This document shows, piece after piece, positions 55,177 through 63,210 of a DNA stretch of 63,210 bases; position 1 is the stretch's first letter; each line of letters starts with the position of its first letter. The stretch comes from Rickettsiales bacterium (GTDB lineage Bacteria; Pseudomonadota; Alphaproteobacteria; Rickettsiales; UBA1997): positions 1 to 63,210 of the forward strand of contig JBIKKP010000002.1 of assembly GCA_044360285.1 (NCBI GenBank), written 5' to 3'. Position numbers and translations under genes: made by a program. Below the pieces are notes generated by a model. It searched no databases, was not told the DNA's origin, and saw nothing but the letters and a program-made list of their open reading frames with translations.

Positions 55177-56439
55177 TCAAGCAGAAATCTTGGCAACTCC
55201 ATTCATGTAGGAAACTAGAGCCGCGGGCACCGAAATTGACCCATCTTCATTTTGATAATTTTCTAAAATCGCCACCAAAGTTCGACCAACCGCAAGCGAA
55301 GAGCCATTTAGCGTATGCACAAAAACGCTTTTCCCTTCTTTGTTTTTATATTTGATTGCAGCCCTGCGCGACTGGAAATCGCCGCAATTTGAGCAGCTGG
55401 AAATCTCGCGATATTTTTCTTGGCTGGGCAACCAAACTTCCAAATCGTAAGTTTTTTGCGCGCAAAATCCCATGTCGCCACTGCACAGCAAAATCTTGCG
55501 GAAAGGCAATTCAAGCCTTCGCAAAACTTCGCAAGAAACGTTGGTCATGCGTTCATGTTCTGCCGCAGAATCTTCCGCGGTTGTAATTGAAACCAACTCA
55601 ACTTTCTTGAATTGATGTTGGCGAATCATGCCGCGCGTATCTTTTCCGGCCGATCCCGCTTCACGGCGAAAACACGGCGTGTAAGCGGTGAAGCGAATTG
55701 GAAGTTGCGTTTCGTTTAAAGTTTTTTTCGCAACCAAATTAACCAGAGAAACTTCCGCAGTTGGAATCAACCAATATCCATCGGAAGTTGAAAATGCTTC
55801 TTCGGAAAATTTCGGCAGCTGGCCAGAAAATTGCATCGCTTGCGACTTCACCAAATTTGGTGGAGAAATTTCTTCGTAACCAGATTCCAACGCAACATCG
55901 AGCATAAAGTTAGAAAGTGCACGCTCCAGACGCGCCAAGCCTCCCAACAAAGTTGAAAATCGCGCCCCCGACATCAAAGCCGATTGCTCAAAATCGAGCA
56001 TTTTTAATTTTTCACCAAGCTCGTCATGCGATTTTGGCGGGAAGGAAAATTTTTTCGGTGATCCAAATTTTTCGACTTCAACATTTTCTTCCTCACTTTT
56101 TCCATGCGGAACCGAAACGTCGGGAATGTTTGGGATTGCAAGCAGGAGCGCCTCAAGTTTTTCATCAAGCGAGGAATCACTTTCTGCAGCAGCGAGCTCT
56201 AAATTAATTTTTTTCGATTCTTCCAGCAACGCGCTTGCATCAGCGCCAGATCGCTTCAAAACCGAAATTTCTTGCGCAATTTTATTTCGCTTCGCTTGTA
56301 ATTCTTGAATCAAAAAAGTTTTTTTCCTTTTCTCTTCATCAAGCGCCAAAATCTCTGCAGCTTTGAAATTAGCAGAACGCGCAGCCATTGCTGCATCAAA
56401 TTTTTGTGGATTTTCACGAATCCATTTGATGTCTAACAT
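55177..56439 (-). CDS. serS: Seryl-tRNA synthetase
   Basis: I moved the start to ATG 56439 ('MLDIKWIRENPQ'). It has a coiled-coil arm and class II motifs 'FRREAGSAGKDTRGMIRQHQF' and 'TLNGSSLAVGRTLVAILE'. Confidence 0.93.
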   Translation of the reverse strand: MLDIKWIRENPQKFDAAMAARSANFKAAEILALDEEKRKKTFLIQELQAKRNKIAQEISVLKRSGADASALLEESKKINLELAAAESDSSLDEKLEALLLAIPNIPDVSVPHGKSEEENVEVEKFGSPKKFSFPPKSHDELGEKLKMLDFEQSALMSGARFSTLLGGLARLERALSNFMLDVALESGYEEISPPNLVKSQAMQFSGQLPKFSEEAFSTSDGYWLIPTAEVSLVNLVAKKTLNETQLPIRFTAYTPCFRREAGSAGKDTRGMIRQHQFKKVELVSITTAEDSAAEHERMTNVSCEVLRRLELPFRKILLCSGDMGFCAQKTYDLEVWLPSQEKYREISSCSNCGDFQSRRAAIKYKNKEGKSVFVHTLNGSSLAVGRTLVAILENYQNEDGSISVPAALVSYMNGVAKISA

Positions 56440-56523
56440 TTTATTTTTTTCTGAATTGAATTTGGAAAAAGAGCGCCAGAAAAGCGCACCACTACTCTTT
56501 TCTCTAAGCAAAAAATTTCAACG

Positions 56524-57684
56524 ATGAAACTTGACGTAATCAAACTTTCGCAAGAACTAATCCGCATTCCATCTTACAGCGGCAATAATCCGCAGGTGAT
56601 TAATTTTTTATCAAATCAGTTAAAAGAACTGGGTTTTGCTTGCGATATTTTGGAATATGACGGCGATGGATCTTACAGCGTCAATAATTTGCACGCAATT
56701 TTTAATCCAAAAAATTCTGATAAAGTCATTTATTTCGCCGGCCATACCGACGTTGTTAACGAAGGCAACAAAGCCTCGTGGAAGCACGATCCATTTAGCG
56801 CCACAATTGAAGATGGAAAACTTTTTGGCCGCGGCACTGCCGACATGAAATGCGCAATTGCTTGCTTTGTTTCAGCTGTTGCTGAGTTCCTTGAAAAAAA
56901 TCCAAATCCCGATTTTGGCATTGGTTTCCTCATCACTAACGACGAGGAAAATGACAGCATCAACGGCACCAAAAAAGTGCTGAATTGGATGGAAAAAAAC
57001 GGCAAAAAAATTTCGCATTGTTTGGTTGGTGAACCAACAAATCCGCAAAAATTTGGTGAAATGATAAAGGTTGGAAGACGCGGTTCTATTGGCTTTACGC
57101 TGAAAGTGACCGGCAAACAAGGTCACGTTGCTTATCCAGATATTGCGCTAAATCCAATCACGATTTTGATTAATTTGCTGAAAGTTTTGAAAGATCACAA
57201 ATTCGACGAAGGCACGCCATTCTTTGATCGAAGCAACTTAGAAATCACTTCAATTTCTTCGCAAAATCTGGGAGCCAACGTAATTCCAAATGAAGCTTCT
57301 TGCGCTTTCAACGTGCGCTTCAACGACTGCCACAAGGCTTCCGACATCATTAGTTTGGTGACTTATGCTTGCGAAAAAACTGTTGGCTTCGGCGCAAAAT
57401 ATGAACTGACAAATCGCGTAAGCGGCGAAGCTTTTTTGAGCGATCCAAAATTTCTAGCACCAATTGTGATTGCTGCTGTTGAAAAAATTTGTGAAAAAAA
57501 ACCAGTGATGAGCACAAGTGGCGGAACGTCGGACGCTAGATTTATCAAGGACTTCGCCGAAGTTGTGGAAATTGGTTTAGTCAATCAAACCGCTCACAAA
57601 ATCGACGAATTTGCGGAAGTCTCTGAGATCATCGAATTGCAAAAAACTTACCTCGAAATTCTACAAAATTATGAAAAGAATTAA
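56524..57684 (+). CDS. dapE: Succinyl-diaminopimelate desuccinylase
   Basis: 386 aa. M20 peptidase motifs 'AGHTDVV', 'GRGTADMK' and 'ITNDEE'. Confidence 0.9.
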   Translation: MKLDVIKLSQELIRIPSYSGNNPQVINFLSNQLKELGFACDILEYDGDGSYSVNNLHAIFNPKNSDKVIYFAGHTDVVNEGNKASWKHDPFSATIEDGKLFGRGTADMKCAIACFVSAVAEFLEKNPNPDFGIGFLITNDEENDSINGTKKVLNWMEKNGKKISHCLVGEPTNPQKFGEMIKVGRRGSIGFTLKVTGKQGHVAYPDIALNPITILINLLKVLKDHKFDEGTPFFDRSNLEITSISSQNLGANVIPNEASCAFNVRFNDCHKASDIISLVTYACEKTVGFGAKYELTNRVSGEAFLSDPKFLAPIVIAAVEKICEKKPVMSTSGGTSDARFIKDFAEVVEIGLVNQTAHKIDEFAEVSEIIELQKTYLEILQNYEKN

Positions 57685-58192
57685 CGAAATTATTTTAACA
57701 TTTTTCTTTCTTGGTAAAGCAAAAAAAGCGCCCGGAACCTTTGGCAGTATTGGCGCTCTAGCTTTTTGGTTTTTTCTTTCGCAGCTTTTTTTCAATCAGC
57801 AATTCTCAATAAAAAGTCAGACAATTTTTTGGGGATTTTTTTTGTTGACGATTCTGCTTTACGGAATTTTTGCCATTCCATTTTACGCAAAAAAAGTTGG
57901 CGAAATTGACCACAAATCAATCGTACTTGACGAAGTTTTCGGGCAGATTCTTGCTCTGCAAATGACTTTCGTTTTTATCAGCGAAAATTATTTCCAAAAC
58001 CCGCGTCTAATTCTGGCGCACCTACTTTTTTGCTTCGTTCTTTTTAGATTTTTCGACATAAGAAAACCGCTGCTAATTGGCTATCTTGACCGCAATTTAA
58101 AAAACAGTTTTGGCGTCATGTTAGATGACGTATTATGCGGCTTGGTTGTAGGGCTCATCGGAATTGCAACTATACATTTTTTTCATGCCTAA
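57671..58192 (+). CDS. pgpA: Phosphatidylglycerophosphatase A
   Basis: I moved the start to ATG 57671, a 14-nt overlap with dapE. 'APGTFGSIGAL' and 'FRFFDIRKP' are PgpA motifs. Confidence 0.85.
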   Translation: MKRINEIILTFFFLGKAKKAPGTFGSIGALAFWFFLSQLFFNQQFSIKSQTIFWGFFLLTILLYGIFAIPFYAKKVGEIDHKSIVLDEVFGQILALQMTFVFISENYFQNPRLILAHLLFCFVLFRFFDIRKPLLIGYLDRNLKNSFGVMLDDVLCGLVVGLIGIATIHFFHA

Positions 58193-59210
58193 AAACTTAA
58201 AAGCCTTCAGTTTAATTGAGCTTTCCATCGTGATTTTGATCGTCTCGATTTTGCTCACCGGCGCACTTTCAGCGACAATGTTTTCGGTGAATAAATCTAA
58301 GGTCAGGCTTAGCCAAGAACGCATGCAAACCATCTACAAAGCGATGGGAATTTTCTTGAGCAAAAACGGTTATCTTCCTTGTCCAGCAGCAATCACTTTG
58401 GCTAAATCAAACAGCTCATATGGCACCGCGGCGGGCAGTTGCTCTTCCGCTCCAGGCACTGCTTCTGGCTATTGGAAATCAACTGACTCTGACAGCCCAA
58501 ATCTTTTTTTTGGCATGGTTCCAACCAAGACACTTGGGCTTTCATCAGATTTTTCAGAAGATGGATTTGGTGGAAAAATTGGCTATTTTGTGCATAGCGG
58601 CTTCGCCTCGGCAACCACTTTTGGCAAGGGCCCAGCCTCAGTTAGCAGTTCAAAAAATTATGCCGATGACAGCAACTTGCTTCGCATCATCATTAAAGAA
58701 AAGCCGACCTCAGAATTACAAATCACCAACGATGCCGCTTTTGCACTTATAAGCTATGGAACCAATAAACTCGCTGGTTGGAACATAAATGCCAGCACAC
58801 AAAATGCCGCATCAACTGACGCAGAAGAAATAGAAAATAGCTTAGGAAGCCTTGATGCAACCACTGGCACAGCAACTTTCGACAACGTGCTTTTCATTTC
58901 TTCAGCAAATAGCGACTCTTTCGACGACATAGTTTTTTACAAAACGCGCGACGAAATGACTCTCGATTTCAACTTACTTGGCCTGGTTTCTTGCGACGAA
59001 GCAAGTCCAACACAAACCATAAATTATGGCGGCACAGATTACGGCTATACCTGGGCAGCAAGCAGCAGCACAAAATATGGAGCAAACGCTGCAGCCAGCC
59101 AAGTTTGTCCAACTGGATATACAGCTGGCGTGGCTCGACCAACAAAAAAGTGTGGCGCTTTTGGCAAGTGGGAAAGCGATGTAATTGAAAACTGCTTACA
59201 AAATCCGTAA
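58185..59210 (+). CDS. Large pilin-like protein 1 (prepilin-type N-terminal motif, Cys-rich C-terminal module)
   Basis: I moved the start to ATG 58185, an 8-nt overlap with pgpA. The leader is 'MPKNLKA|FSLIELSIVILIVSILL', with F+1 and E+5. It is paralogous to the next two genes. Confidence 0.65.
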   Translation: MPKNLKAFSLIELSIVILIVSILLTGALSATMFSVNKSKVRLSQERMQTIYKAMGIFLSKNGYLPCPAAITLAKSNSSYGTAAGSCSSAPGTASGYWKSTDSDSPNLFFGMVPTKTLGLSSDFSEDGFGGKIGYFVHSGFASATTFGKGPASVSSSKNYADDSNLLRIIIKEKPTSELQITNDAAFALISYGTNKLAGWNINASTQNAASTDAEEIENSLGSLDATTGTATFDNVLFISSANSDSFDDIVFYKTRDEMTLDFNLLGLVSCDEASPTQTINYGGTDYGYTWAASSSTKYGANAAASQVCPTGYTAGVARPTKKCGAFGKWESDVIENCLQNP

Positions 59211-60307
59211 TGAAAACAGCAGCAAGTCGTTCCAAATCTAGCTTCACACTCATCGAGCTTTCGGTGCTGATCTTGATAATCTCAGTTTTTTTAGCTGGAA
59301 CCTTCACGCTTCTAAACAGCAGAAACGCCGGTCGCAAAGTCACCGCCACCAACGAAAAAATTCAAATAATCTACAAATCGCTAGGAATTTTTTTGAGCAA
59401 AAACGGCCATTTACCATGCCCCGCCGCAATTAATCTTCCAATCACTGACGCCAATTACGGTATCGCCGCAGAAACTTGCGCCAATCCGCCAGCAAGCGGC
59501 TCGGGATATTGGAAAAGCTCGTTTCACGATTTCATTTATTACGGCATGATTCCAACCACAACTTTGGGTCTGCCCAGCGATTTTTCGGTTGATGGCTTTG
59601 GCAGCAAATTTTCTTACGCCATCATTAATGGGTTCACCAAGGCAGAATTTTTTCCACTTGACATCGCTTCAACTGATGATGGCAGCGGCAACCTCTATTC
59701 TACTTACACCAAAGATGTTGCACTTGGTTCGGGCTATCGATTTTTTCTTAATGATCGCAAAAAAGATTCGGCCGGAACTGTGGTAAATACTGCCTTAACC
59801 AGCGATGCAATGTTTGTTTTAATCAGCCACGGCGCCAATAAATCTGGCGCTTGGGGACAGAATTCTACTACACAAAACTCTCTTTCTTCCAGCAACGAAG
59901 AAATTTGGAATTCGGTCACTGGAAATATCGATTCTCCAGCTGATGGCAAAGCAGATTTCTACAACAGCAACTCTAACGTCAGCACGCCATTTCCTTTTGT
60001 TTTTTCCTCAACTGTTGACGGCGTTTTCGACGATATAATTTTCTACAAAACCAGAAACGAAATGATTAGCGACTTCAAGCTTTTTGGCTTGATACCTTGT
60101 GCAAGCAACGTCACGCAAAGCATAACCTACGGCGCGCCTTCAAACTTTAGTTGGACCGGTGATTTAAGCATAAAATATGGCGAGATCGTTCCCTCAGGCA
60201 ACGCCTGCCCCGGCGGCTTCGAAGGTGGACCAAAATATCCTGGCAAAAAATGCGGCGCTTTTGGCAATTGGGAAAGCACTGTGGCGCGGCCGTGCTTAGC
60301 AGGGTAA
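59210..60307 (+). CDS. Large pilin-like protein 2
   Basis: The start overlaps the previous stop (TAATG). The leader is 'MKTAASRSKSS|FTLIELSVLILIISVFL'. It shares the blocks 'LPCPAA', 'FDDIIFYKTR' and 'KKCGAFGNWES'. Confidence 0.65.
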   Translation: MKTAASRSKSSFTLIELSVLILIISVFLAGTFTLLNSRNAGRKVTATNEKIQIIYKSLGIFLSKNGHLPCPAAINLPITDANYGIAAETCANPPASGSGYWKSSFHDFIYYGMIPTTTLGLPSDFSVDGFGSKFSYAIINGFTKAEFFPLDIASTDDGSGNLYSTYTKDVALGSGYRFFLNDRKKDSAGTVVNTALTSDAMFVLISHGANKSGAWGQNSTTQNSLSSSNEEIWNSVTGNIDSPADGKADFYNSNSNVSTPFPFVFSSTVDGVFDDIIFYKTRNEMISDFKLFGLIPCASNVTQSITYGAPSNFSWTGDLSIKYGEIVPSGNACPGGFEGGPKYPGKKCGAFGNWESTVARPCLAG

Positions 60308-60318
60308 AAAATTAGAAA

Positions 60319-61371
60319 ATGAAAAAACCTCTCAAAGCTTTCACACTGCTAGAACTATCAATGGTCCTGGTTGTTGTTGCCATCATAATTTCCACTTCAT
60401 TTTCCGCCTTTAATAAAAGCAGCGCACAAAAGACAAAAATCAGCAAAGATAAAATTGAAGAGCTCTATAAAGCCTTCAGCGCCTATGTCAAAAGCTATGG
60501 ACGCCTGCCTTGCCCATCATCAATTCTGCTGACAAAAGGTAATGCCAATTATGGCAAAGAAGTCACCTGCAACTATAACCTGGGCTCGCCAACACTTTCC
60601 AGCCCGGTTGGAATTTGGCAATCAAGCAACAACAGTAATTTGATTTACGGCGGCGTTCCAATCAAAGAACTTGGGCTTTCGCCGGATATGGCTGAAGATG
60701 AATTCGGCAATAAAATTGCTTATTTCGTTTTGAAAGATCTGACCACCAAAAACACTTTCGATTCTTTAGTGAACGTTGGCAACGGCCAAGGCAACAGCTA
60801 CAACGCTGGCGATGCTGCTGACGATAATCGCATTCGCATTCACGAAAGAAATAACAGCAACGTAAAACGCGCAACCGCAAGTGCGGTTTTGGTGTTGATG
60901 AGCTATGGCGCCAACGGCTTTTGCGCCTATCCAAAAAATTCTGCGACCAGAAATGCTTCTGCAACTGACGCCGACGAAGCCTTTAACTGCGCGCCTTACT
61001 CAACTTCCGGCACTTCCAACTTTTACAATTACAACTATTCAAGCAGCCTCTTTCCATTCATGGCGCAATCAAATAGCGACGCTTTTGACGACATCGTTCT
61101 TTTCAAAAGCAGGCAGCAACTTGTTAACGATTCTAAATACTTTCCAACCCCCGCCTGCAGCGAAGATTTTTTTGAAATCATCACTTACGGCGCCACAACA
61201 AAAACTTATTACTGGCGCGGCGATTCAACTTTAGGTGAAGAAGACCTTGGCGTTTCAGCCACCGCCTGCCCTTCTGGTTATAATTCTGGTGCTTACGCCG
61301 GCCCAACAAAAAAATGCGGCGAACTACGTAGATGGCGCAGCGGCGTGGATAGCGGGTGCGTGGAGAATTAA
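60319..61371 (+). CDS. Large pilin-like protein 3
   Basis: The leader is 'MKKPLKA|FTLLELSMVLVVVAIII'. It shares the blocks 'LPCPSS', 'FDDIVLFKSR' and 'KKCGELRRWRS'. Confidence 0.65.
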   Translation: MKKPLKAFTLLELSMVLVVVAIIISTSFSAFNKSSAQKTKISKDKIEELYKAFSAYVKSYGRLPCPSSILLTKGNANYGKEVTCNYNLGSPTLSSPVGIWQSSNNSNLIYGGVPIKELGLSPDMAEDEFGNKIAYFVLKDLTTKNTFDSLVNVGNGQGNSYNAGDAADDNRIRIHERNNSNVKRATASAVLVLMSYGANGFCAYPKNSATRNASATDADEAFNCAPYSTSGTSNFYNYNYSSSLFPFMAQSNSDAFDDIVLFKSRQQLVNDSKYFPTPACSEDFFEIITYGATTKTYYWRGDSTLGEEDLGVSATACPSGYNSGAYAGPTKKCGELRRWRSGVDSGCVEN

Positions 61372-61399
61372 GCTTTGTTAGATCATCTCTCGCCGCTCA

Positions 61400-61421
61400 G
61401 GCGGGGTTGTAAAACCCGCCC
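61400..61421. repeat. Family-2 hairpin (opposite orientation) downstream of the pilin-like genes
   Basis: GGCGGGGTTGTAAAACCCGCCC. The reverse complement of the surrounding sequence (TTCAATGCTTGGGCGGG...) resembles 45211-45242. Confidence 0.7.
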
Positions 61422-61535
61422 AAGCATTGAACTGACATTAGCAAGTAAGTACTAATCGAAAATTGACTTTGCTAAAAACACTTTCGATAAAGAGCTCATA
61501 AATTCCCTCTCAAATTTCATAAAGAATCGACTTCA

Positions 61536-62546
61536 ATGGAGCAGCTTTTCTCGCAATATCTTGAGCTTTTTTTGACTCAAATTTTGCCGCTACTTGGAAA
61601 AATTTTACTGATCGTTTTGCCGCTGCTTGGCGCCGTTGCTTACCTCACCTTGATGGAACGCAAAGTCATCGCCGCCATGCAATTACGCAAAGGGCCAAAC
61701 GTGGTTGGCCCTTTTGGACTTTTGCAGCCGCTTGCTGATGGGCTTAAACTTATGCTTAAAGAAGTCATCCTTCCTGCTCAGGCCAATAAAGCTCTCTTTT
61801 TACTTGCCCCAATTATCACCTTTGTCCTTGCTATGATTGGCTGGGCAGTGATTCCGTTTTCTGAAACTTTCGTTGTTGCCGATCTTAACGTTGGTGTCAC
61901 TTACTTGCTTGCCAGCTCATCGCTTGGAATTTATGGCATCATCATTGCCGGCTGGGCAAGTAATTCAAAATATGCATTCCTTGGCGCAATCCGCTCTTCG
62001 GCGCAAATGATTTCCTACGAAGTTTCTATTGGCCTCATCATTATTTCTGTAGTGCTTCTTGCGGGCTCGCTGAACCTTTCCGATATTGTTTTAGCGCAAA
62101 AAGAATTATGGTTCGTTTTGCCATGTTTCCCAATGTTTGTGCTGTTTTTCATTTCCGCACTCGCCGAAACAAATCGCCACCCCTTTGACCTTCCAGAAGC
62201 AGAATCCGAGCTTGTTGCGGGCTATAACGTTGAATATAGCTCAATGCCATTTTCGATGTTTTTTCTTGGCGAATATGCCAACATGATTTTGATTTCTGCC
62301 TTCGCTTCAATCCTTTTCCTTGGCGGCTGGCTGCCAATTTACGACAATGCATTTTGCAACGCGATTCCTGGATTTATCTGGCTTTCGGCAAAAATTTTCT
62401 TCTTACTTTTTTGCTTCATTTGGGTTCGCGCAACTTTGCCAAGATATCGTTATGATCAATTGATGCGTCTGGGTTGGAAAGTCTTCTTGCCTACATCGCT
62501 TCTTTTTGTCGTCATCACTGCCACTTATGTAGTTTACTTCAAATAA
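61536..62546 (+). CDS. nuoH: NADH-quinone oxidoreductase subunit H
   Basis: 336 aa. '[15 protein letters not shown]' and '[26 protein letters not shown]'. Confidence 0.95.
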   Translation: MEQLFSQYLELFLTQILPLLGKILLIVLPLLGAVAYLTLMERKVIAAMQLRKGPNVVGPFGLLQPLADGLKLMLKEVILPAQANKALFLLAPIITFVLAMIGWAVIPFSETFVVADLNVGVTYLLASSSLGIYGIIIAGWASNSKYAFLGAIRSSAQMISYEVSIGLIIISVVLLAGSLNLSDIVLAQKELWFVLPCFPMFVLFFISALAETNRHPFDLPEAESELVAGYNVEYSSMPFSMFFLGEYANMILISAFASILFLGGWLPIYDNAFCNAIPGFIWLSAKIFFLLFCFIWVRATLPRYRYDQLMRLGWKVFLPTSLLFVVITATYVVYFK

Positions 62547-62547
62547 C

Positions 62548-63033
62548 ATGAAATTTTTACGCATCGCCAAAGCTTTTTTGCTTAAAGAAATTTTCTACGG
62601 CCACTTGATGACCCTGCGTTATTTCTTTAAAAAGCCGATCACCATCAACTATCCATACGAAAAAGGGCCAGTAAGCCCGCGCTTCCGCGGCGAACACGCT
62701 TTGCGCCGCTATCCAAATGGTGAAGAACGCTGCATCGCTTGTAAACTTTGTGAAGCAATTTGCCCAGCACAAGCAATCACCATCGAAGCCGAAGAGCGTG
62801 AAGATGGCAGTCGTCGCACCACAAAATATGACATCGATATGATGAAATGCATTTATTGCGGATTGTGCCAAGAGGCCTGCCCGGTTGATGCCATCGTTGA
62901 ATCACCAAATTTTGAGTTTGCCACCGAAACACGCGGCGAGCTTTACTACAATAAAGAAAAACTTTTGGCCAATGGCGATCGCTACGAATACGCGCTTCGC
63001 CAATCAATTGAAGCAGACGTAAAACATCGTTAA
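62548..63033 (+). CDS. nuoI: NADH-quinone oxidoreductase subunit I
   Basis: 161 aa with two 4Fe-4S motifs, '[12 protein letters not shown]' and '[12 protein letters not shown]'. Confidence 0.95.
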   Translation: MKFLRIAKAFLLKEIFYGHLMTLRYFFKKPITINYPYEKGPVSPRFRGEHALRRYPNGEERCIACKLCEAICPAQAITIEAEEREDGSRRTTKYDIDMMKCIYCGLCQEACPVDAIVESPNFEFATETRGELYYNKEKLLANGDRYEYALRQSIEADVKHR

Positions 63034-63034
63034 T

Positions 63035-63210
63035 ATGACTTTCAGCATTTTCCTTTTTTATCTTTTCTCTTTTGTTTTGATCTCTTCAGCCCTTGTGGTT
63101 GTAAGTGCCAGAAACATGGTGCATTCGGTAATGTTTTTGGTTCTAGCCTTCCTAAACGCCGCCGCACTTTTTGTTTTGCTTGGTGCAGAATTTTTGGCGA
63201 TGCTCTTAAT
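63035..63210 (+). CDS. nuoJ: NADH-quinone oxidoreductase subunit J, 3'-truncated by the window edge
   Basis: ATG lies 1 nt after the nuoI stop. '[56 protein letters not shown]' matches the NuoJ N-terminus. This ORF is not in the ORF track because it runs off the window. Confidence 0.85.
   Translation, partial: MTFSIFLFYLFSFVLISSALVVVSARNMVHSVMFLVLAFLNAAALFVLLGAEFLAMLL

Noticed and set aside
1-63210. tRNA, rRNA, tmRNA or riboswitch genes in intergenic regions.
   Set aside because: Visual inspection of all gaps longer than 60 nt found only palindromic repeats, terminator hairpins and promoter-like AT-rich DNA. A tRNAscan or Infernal run is needed to exclude small RNAs formally.

Overview
This is an AT-rich alphaproteobacterial chromosome segment. 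Gene content and fragmented gene order suggest a Rickettsiales/Holosporales-like intracellular bacterium (inference). The supporting features are a type-2 IleRS, a long Rickettsia-type Icd, an F0 a-c-b'-b operon, rpoZ-spoT, ppdK, solitary glyS/pheT/secF and a detached nuoHIJ. I call about 50 protein genes and saw no rRNA, tRNA or CRISPR array by eye. Most of the window is housekeeping: icd x2, ppdK, glyS, hom, ileS, asd, lpxB, spoT, rpoZ, atpBE-F'F, pheT, ispH, lnt, secF, rpsT, serS, dapE, pgpA and nuoHIJ. Six items stand out. (1) An HsdR-less restriction-modification-like island at 884-5988 holds a GIY-YIG/DUF4357 nuclease, a methyltransferase with its own PD-(D/E)xK-like N-terminus, a two-TRD specificity subunit, and a translationally coupled half-TRD fused to a HEPN-like domain. 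(2) There are two families of structured palindromic repeats. Family 1 is a ~95-nt cloverleaf with compensatory arm changes in six copies. One copy sits in-frame inside ileS and two nearly identical copies bracket a small GIY-YIG nuclease gene. (3) ileS is a mosaic. Besides the family-1 copy it carries an in-frame DUF559 (Vsr-like endonuclease) cassette bounded by 38-nt inverted repeats and an extra N-terminal segment, and it ends right after the helical anticodon-binding domain. (4) Three tandem ~350-aa pilin-like paralogues have a non-glycine -1 leader residue and a conserved four-Cys, CCP/sushi-like C-terminal module. (5) A signalling cluster combines a LuxI/FeeM-like acyltransferase, a TonB-dependent receptor, a YfiR/DUF4154 protein and an Hpt protein, divergent from a hybrid histidine kinase. 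(6) Candidate host-interaction proteins include an ankyrin-like protein ending in the CaaX box CTIL, an acidic disordered protein, an autotransporter, an orphan TpsB and tandem GT-C-like membrane proteins. All family assignments come from motif recognition by eye and need HMM or BLAST confirmation.
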